A stretch of 58,558 bases of DNA from a virus. Taxonomy: Duplodnaviria > Caudoviricetes. Every line of letters starts with the position of its first letter. The stretch's first letter is position 1. This document shows positions 55,017-58,558 of this stretch, in pieces. Location: IMG/VR virus record IMGVR_UViG_3300037722_001048, positions 1 through 58,558 of that record. One strand, 5' to 3'. A program made the position numbers and the translations under genes. Below the pieces are notes generated by a model that had not been told where the DNA came from, did no database searches, and saw nothing but the letters and a program-made list of their open reading frames with translations.

Positions 55017-55418
55017 CTAGTAAATCCTTCCCAGATAAACCGGTCGGGCACCGACCACCGCGCCTTGCTCGCCAAGGATGTCTTCCATGCCGACCTGAAA
55101 CAGCTGTTCTTCGATGACGGGGTTACCTTCCGCGTCGATGCCAGTCTGAACCATGTCCTGACCGAGCCACTCAACCTTGATAATCTCCGCATGGTCCGAG
55201 GTCATGGCCGTGTCCAGCATCCACTGCAATGCCGTGGCAATGTGGCTGGCACAGGGTATGCGGATATATCCGCCTTGTACCGGGGTGTTATTGTAGTAGA
55301 ATGCATACAGTTCGTTGTCAAAATCCGGGTTGGCACCTTCCCCCAATAGAGTCAGGCACTCGGTGGCTAGCTCTTTGAGCGTGGTTTTAATGTGAATTAT
55401 GGCGGTGGTTGTAGCCAT
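55017..55418 (-). CDS. hypothetical protein
   Basis: 133 aa, AAGGAG RBS. Confidence 0.7.
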   Translation of the reverse strand: MATTTAIIHIKTTLKELATECLTLLGEGANPDFDNELYAFYYNNTPVQGGYIRIPCASHIATALQWMLDTAMTSDHAEIIKVEWLGQDMVQTGIDAEGNPVIEEQLFQVGMEDILGEQGAVVGARPVYLGRIY

Positions 55419-55438
55419 GAGGTCTCCTTGGTTTGCTA

Positions 55439-55774
55439 TTATCGGCCCAACAGAATTTCAGCACAACGGAGTGATATAAGGGCTTCCTCCGCAAACAACT
55501 CGGCGAGTTCATAATCACCCGCATAACGACTCTCTAAGGCCGATTTCTGATAGGCGACCGAGTCCGCCAAAAAGCAGACAGTCAGGTCCATCTTCTCCGT
55601 TTGACTGAAGGTGGTGTCAGCCTGGATCTGGCTTACTGCCTTGATGGGCCCGACTTTATTAATGTAGTGCTCCGTGGTCTTGCTAAAGCACCCGGCGAAA
55701 GCTAAGGAGCTCAGTGTGCCCACGAGGATGATAATAAAGAGCGAAGGCCCGACGAGGTATAATAGACTCTTCAT
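55439..55774 (-). CDS. hypothetical exported protein
   Basis: N-terminal signal peptide ending LAFAG-C. Confidence 0.6.
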   Translation of the reverse strand: MKSLLYLVGPSLFIIILVGTLSSLAFAGCFSKTTEHYINKVGPIKAVSQIQADTTFSQTEKMDLTVCFLADSVAYQKSALESRYAGDYELAELFAEEALISLRCAEILLGR

Positions 55775-55782
55775 GGTGGTCT

Positions 55783-57489
55783 TTAGGCTCCGTACTTTAA
55801 GGTTAATCTTTCCAACTCAGCCTTCGGATCAGCGTGTTGGATTATCGCAAGGCCGGGATAGTAGCCTGCGAAGTGACTCGCGTTGGTCCTCGCACCCACC
55901 TGATAAGTTGCGGCTATCGGAGCATCGAGCCTGCCATCTGCATCGTCCTTGAGTGTCCATGCTGACCATGCGCCCCCTTGCTGCTTGACACGGATGCCCA
56001 TGCCGTAGACGCGGGATTGGAAGGCTTGGTACTGGAAGGGGATGTCTTTCGCTGATGAGTAGAGATCTATTGTTGCATAAGATGTATTGTTTATTTTCTT
56101 TTCAAGCCTGACTTGAGCGCCAGTCGTGGGCTGAGTAACACGGGTATCATTTGTTGCGTCCACATATGAGCAGAAGAACATAGCGAATGCAGGTTGCCCA
56201 CTCGCCCCTGGTATCACCTCGCCCCAAATCCCGAAGTCATTCACGGGGAGGACACCTTGCGTCGGGAGGGTCAGGTTGGTGGCCGCTCTGGTAATACTCG
56301 TGAGGCTGTCGTTGAGCGGGTCGAAGATCGGCGGGGTAGCGAAGGCTCCTTCTTCGAGTTGGGGGAGGATGAAGTAGATGATGGCACCCGCCGACATGCG
56401 CAATTTTAGTGATTGGCTTGCGTTTGCCGGGACTTTATTTTCGTATATGACCCGCTCAAATGCGGCATTGTTTAGCGTGGTGCCAATTAACTCTGACGAA
56501 TAACACAGGGAATACGCACCTGAAGTCGCACGTGCATATATATGGGCTGAGTGGCTATTAGTGTTGCCTGTAACCCCAGCGAGGGTTATAGCCGCCTCGC
56601 CTACCCCCGCACTATTATCCAGCTTATACACCTTTCCACTGGTGCAAACCCCGATCAATCCAGCAGCCGTCAATGCAGCAGTATCATCCACCACACTCAG
56701 CACCGCCGCAACGTCACCACTCTTGGTGAGGTTCGTCGTATCCACCGGATTGAACTTCCGGCAAGTCACCTTGTTCGTCCGCGCAGGCCAGTTGGAATAG
56801 CCGAAGGGATTGGTGAACGGCTCTTGATACAACCACTTTGTTCCGGACCGCGTGGGAATGCTGACGGAGGGTTGGATGGGGGTGCCGTCAATATCGGTGT
56901 CAAGCCATGTTGGGATGACTTCGCGGAAAGATACTCCTTTAACCCCCCCATTAAATTCTGTAGTGGTTTGCACGGATGGATATGTTGTAGTCGCTGCAAC
57001 TAGGTATTCAGTATAAATTCCGGGAGTCGTGCGCGTTGCACCTACCGTAGCCCCTGCTTTAATACGAAGCCCTCCGACAGATCCAGTTTCGTATTCGTAT
57101 GAACATCGGTATAATTTACCAATGACTAGTACGCTAGCTCCTACAAGGCTCTGAAACGCCGCCACAGATGTAAGTGTGTACGATCCATCGCCGTCGTAAG
57201 CACCCCCGGCAGGCAGTGTCGGTACTGGATCGGTTACCAGGCCCGGCCCCAACATCGCCCCTTCAGCCACGGTCGTTGCCAGCCGTCCACCCTCAAGCGC
57301 AGGAGTCCCCGCAGGAGACGTGACGAGGTTGCCCTCGTAGTCCGTGGCCGTGAGCGGACCCCCGGTGTACGTCGGGGAGTTTTGCAGGAGGTTGAAGAGG
57401 TCGGTGACGTAATAAGGGCGGACGCCCCAGTGGTTACCACGCCCGAAACCAAACCCAGCCGGTCCGAAACCTAGATTACTGAAGCTCAT
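55783..57489 (-). CDS. virion fibre/spike-like protein with carbohydrate-binding-like domains
   Basis: 568 aa, Thr/Gly/Ala beta-rich; PQLEEGAFATP...TRAA motif typical of phage CBM/LamG-like proteins. Confidence 0.55.
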   Translation of the reverse strand: MSFSNLGFGPAGFGFGRGNHWGVRPYYVTDLFNLLQNSPTYTGGPLTATDYEGNLVTSPAGTPALEGGRLATTVAEGAMLGPGLVTDPVPTLPAGGAYDGDGSYTLTSVAAFQSLVGASVLVIGKLYRCSYEYETGSVGGLRIKAGATVGATRTTPGIYTEYLVAATTTYPSVQTTTEFNGGVKGVSFREVIPTWLDTDIDGTPIQPSVSIPTRSGTKWLYQEPFTNPFGYSNWPARTNKVTCRKFNPVDTTNLTKSGDVAAVLSVVDDTAALTAAGLIGVCTSGKVYKLDNSAGVGEAAITLAGVTGNTNSHSAHIYARATSGAYSLCYSSELIGTTLNNAAFERVIYENKVPANASQSLKLRMSAGAIIYFILPQLEEGAFATPPIFDPLNDSLTSITRAATNLTLPTQGVLPVNDFGIWGEVIPGASGQPAFAMFFCSYVDATNDTRVTQPTTGAQVRLEKKINNTSYATIDLYSSAKDIPFQYQAFQSRVYGMGIRVKQQGGAWSAWTLKDDADGRLDAPIAATYQVGARTNASHFAGYYPGLAIIQHADPKAELERLTLKYGA

Positions 57490-57788
57490 TACATTAGCTC
57501 GTATTCTACGACAGTGCCGGCCGTGCCGGTGAACGTAACCGCGATCACGTCGGCTCTTAAGATGTCGACTCCCGCTAAACCTGTAGTACCAGACGCATTA
57601 CCATTCAGCTTACGAGTGACAGGAGTAAATCCGTCTTTGCTGCTCCAGCGCATGGCCATCCAGGTGGTCGTATCGATTGCAGCGGACGTTCCGATGATAA
57701 ACTCGTTGGCCGTAGTCGGATCCGGAGCGAAGCCCTGAATAGGGGTCGATCCGGCCTCTTTAATCAGGGCATTCCTTTTTCTGGCCAT
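57489..57788 (-). CDS. small virion-associated hypothetical protein
   Basis: 99 aa coupled to the downstream gene. Confidence 0.65.
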   Translation of the reverse strand: MARKRNALIKEAGSTPIQGFAPDPTTANEFIIGTSAAIDTTTWMAMRWSSKDGFTPVTRKLNGNASGTTGLAGVDILRADVIAVTFTGTAGTVVEYELM

Positions 57789-57837
57789 TACGGTATATCC
57801 TTGTTGGTAGGGGTTGTATTAATTTTGAGTCTTATAC

Positions 57838-57872
57838 GTATATAGTGGTACAAAGCCGGGGGTCTATGAAGT
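57838..57872 (-). promoter_or_regulatory. putative late promoter ACTTCA-N18-CCACTAT
   Basis: - strand ACTTCAtagacccccggctttgtaCCACTATAT. Confidence 0.6.
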
Positions 57873-57878
57873 ATTAAA

Positions 57879-58430
57879 TTAGATCGCCTGCAAAGCAGAG
57901 AAATAAACTTGTTTGCCGGCCAGGTCGGCTGAGTTGACCGAGCGCCACAAAGTCCCTAGTTTGAGAGTGATTATGCCTACATCAGCCCGTAACAATAGGC
58001 TCGCCATGCCTTCTTCATCGGTCTTGGTGCCCGCAATGGCGACAATAGTGCCATTACCGTTGGTGGCCCCAGGAGGAGCGGCGGCCGAGAAATGTACATT
58101 TGGTACGATACCAAGCCCTACTGTGTAGGTATTTGCATAAACCGTGAACATTCCCGGCTCCGTCGGTTGCGGCGGCAAAATAATTCCGCCCTGCGTCAGA
58201 TGCACACCTGCTGCTGACACCGGGGCGAAGCGCACCGCCAACGCAGGGTCCACCAACTCCGTAGTCCACAGATATTCAGCGGCGTTGTCGGGATTGGCGG
58301 GGAGGTCTACAATCTGAACGGAATCGACTTCCATCCATTCCCCGGTTTCGTTGGGCTGATAGGCATCGACCTTGACGGCGGCGACGGTCCCTGCGATCAA
58401 ATCAGCGAGACCAAAAACAAAGCTAGGCAT
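57879..58430 (-). CDS. hypothetical beta-rich protein
   Basis: 183 aa, AGGAG RBS. Confidence 0.7.
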   Translation of the reverse strand: MPSFVFGLADLIAGTVAAVKVDAYQPNETGEWMEVDSVQIVDLPANPDNAAEYLWTTELVDPALAVRFAPVSAAGVHLTQGGIILPPQPTEPGMFTVYANTYTVGLGIVPNVHFSAAAPPGATNGNGTIVAIAGTKTDEEGMASLLLRADVGIITLKLGTLWRSVNSADLAGKQVYFSALQAI

Positions 58431-58558
58431 AATATCGGACTCCTGTGAGGGCCTGCGGGGGCTCGGCGTAGCGGATAGCCGTCAAAGCCTGCGGAGGATA
58501 GACGGGCGGCGAATAGGTCCCGGTTACCCCGTCGTAGACAACGCCATTGGCGAGTTGA
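58423..58558 (-). CDS. 3' end of a gene truncated by the window edge
   Basis: Open frame ...QLANGVVYDGVTGTYSPPVYPPQALTAIRYAEPPQALTGVRYYA* overlapping the next start. Confidence 0.5.
   Translation of the reverse strand, partial: QLANGVVYDGVTGTYSPPVYPPQALTAIRYAEPPQALTGVRYYA

Overview
This window is a segment of a large tailed dsDNA phage genome with a contractile tail (myovirus-like). The + strand from 1 to 6.9 kb and 10.6 to 14.5 kb carries early/accessory genes: RtcB, a DEDDh exonuclease, a SLOG protein, an Sm/Hfq-like protein, a retron-type reverse transcriptase and a RuvC-like resolvase. The - strand carries terminase and a long morphogenesis/lysis region: tail fibre, baseplate, a phage sigma factor, tape measure, tube, sheath, major capsid, an intein-containing prohead protease, K-x-A-motif head proteins and an amidase endolysin. 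The most notable element is a ~1 kb non-coding region (5852-6880) directly behind the Sm/Hfq-like gene. It holds five sequence-diverged but structurally congruent RNA units laid out like retron msr-msd: closing inverted repeat, unpaired G, hairpin, G-YGAAG-C pentaloop hairpin, variable long hairpin, CAG. A retron-family RT with an atypical YSDN motif lies 4.8 kb away, and its operon has the same promoter motif. Together these suggest a phage-encoded multi-template RT/ncRNA-array system (inference, untested). Also visible are a bipartite late promoter ACTT(A/C)A-N18-CCA(T/C)TAT, two candidate -1 frameshifts and an unannotated small membrane-protein gene with a sequestered RBS. All calls come from reading motifs by eye; no database searches were run.
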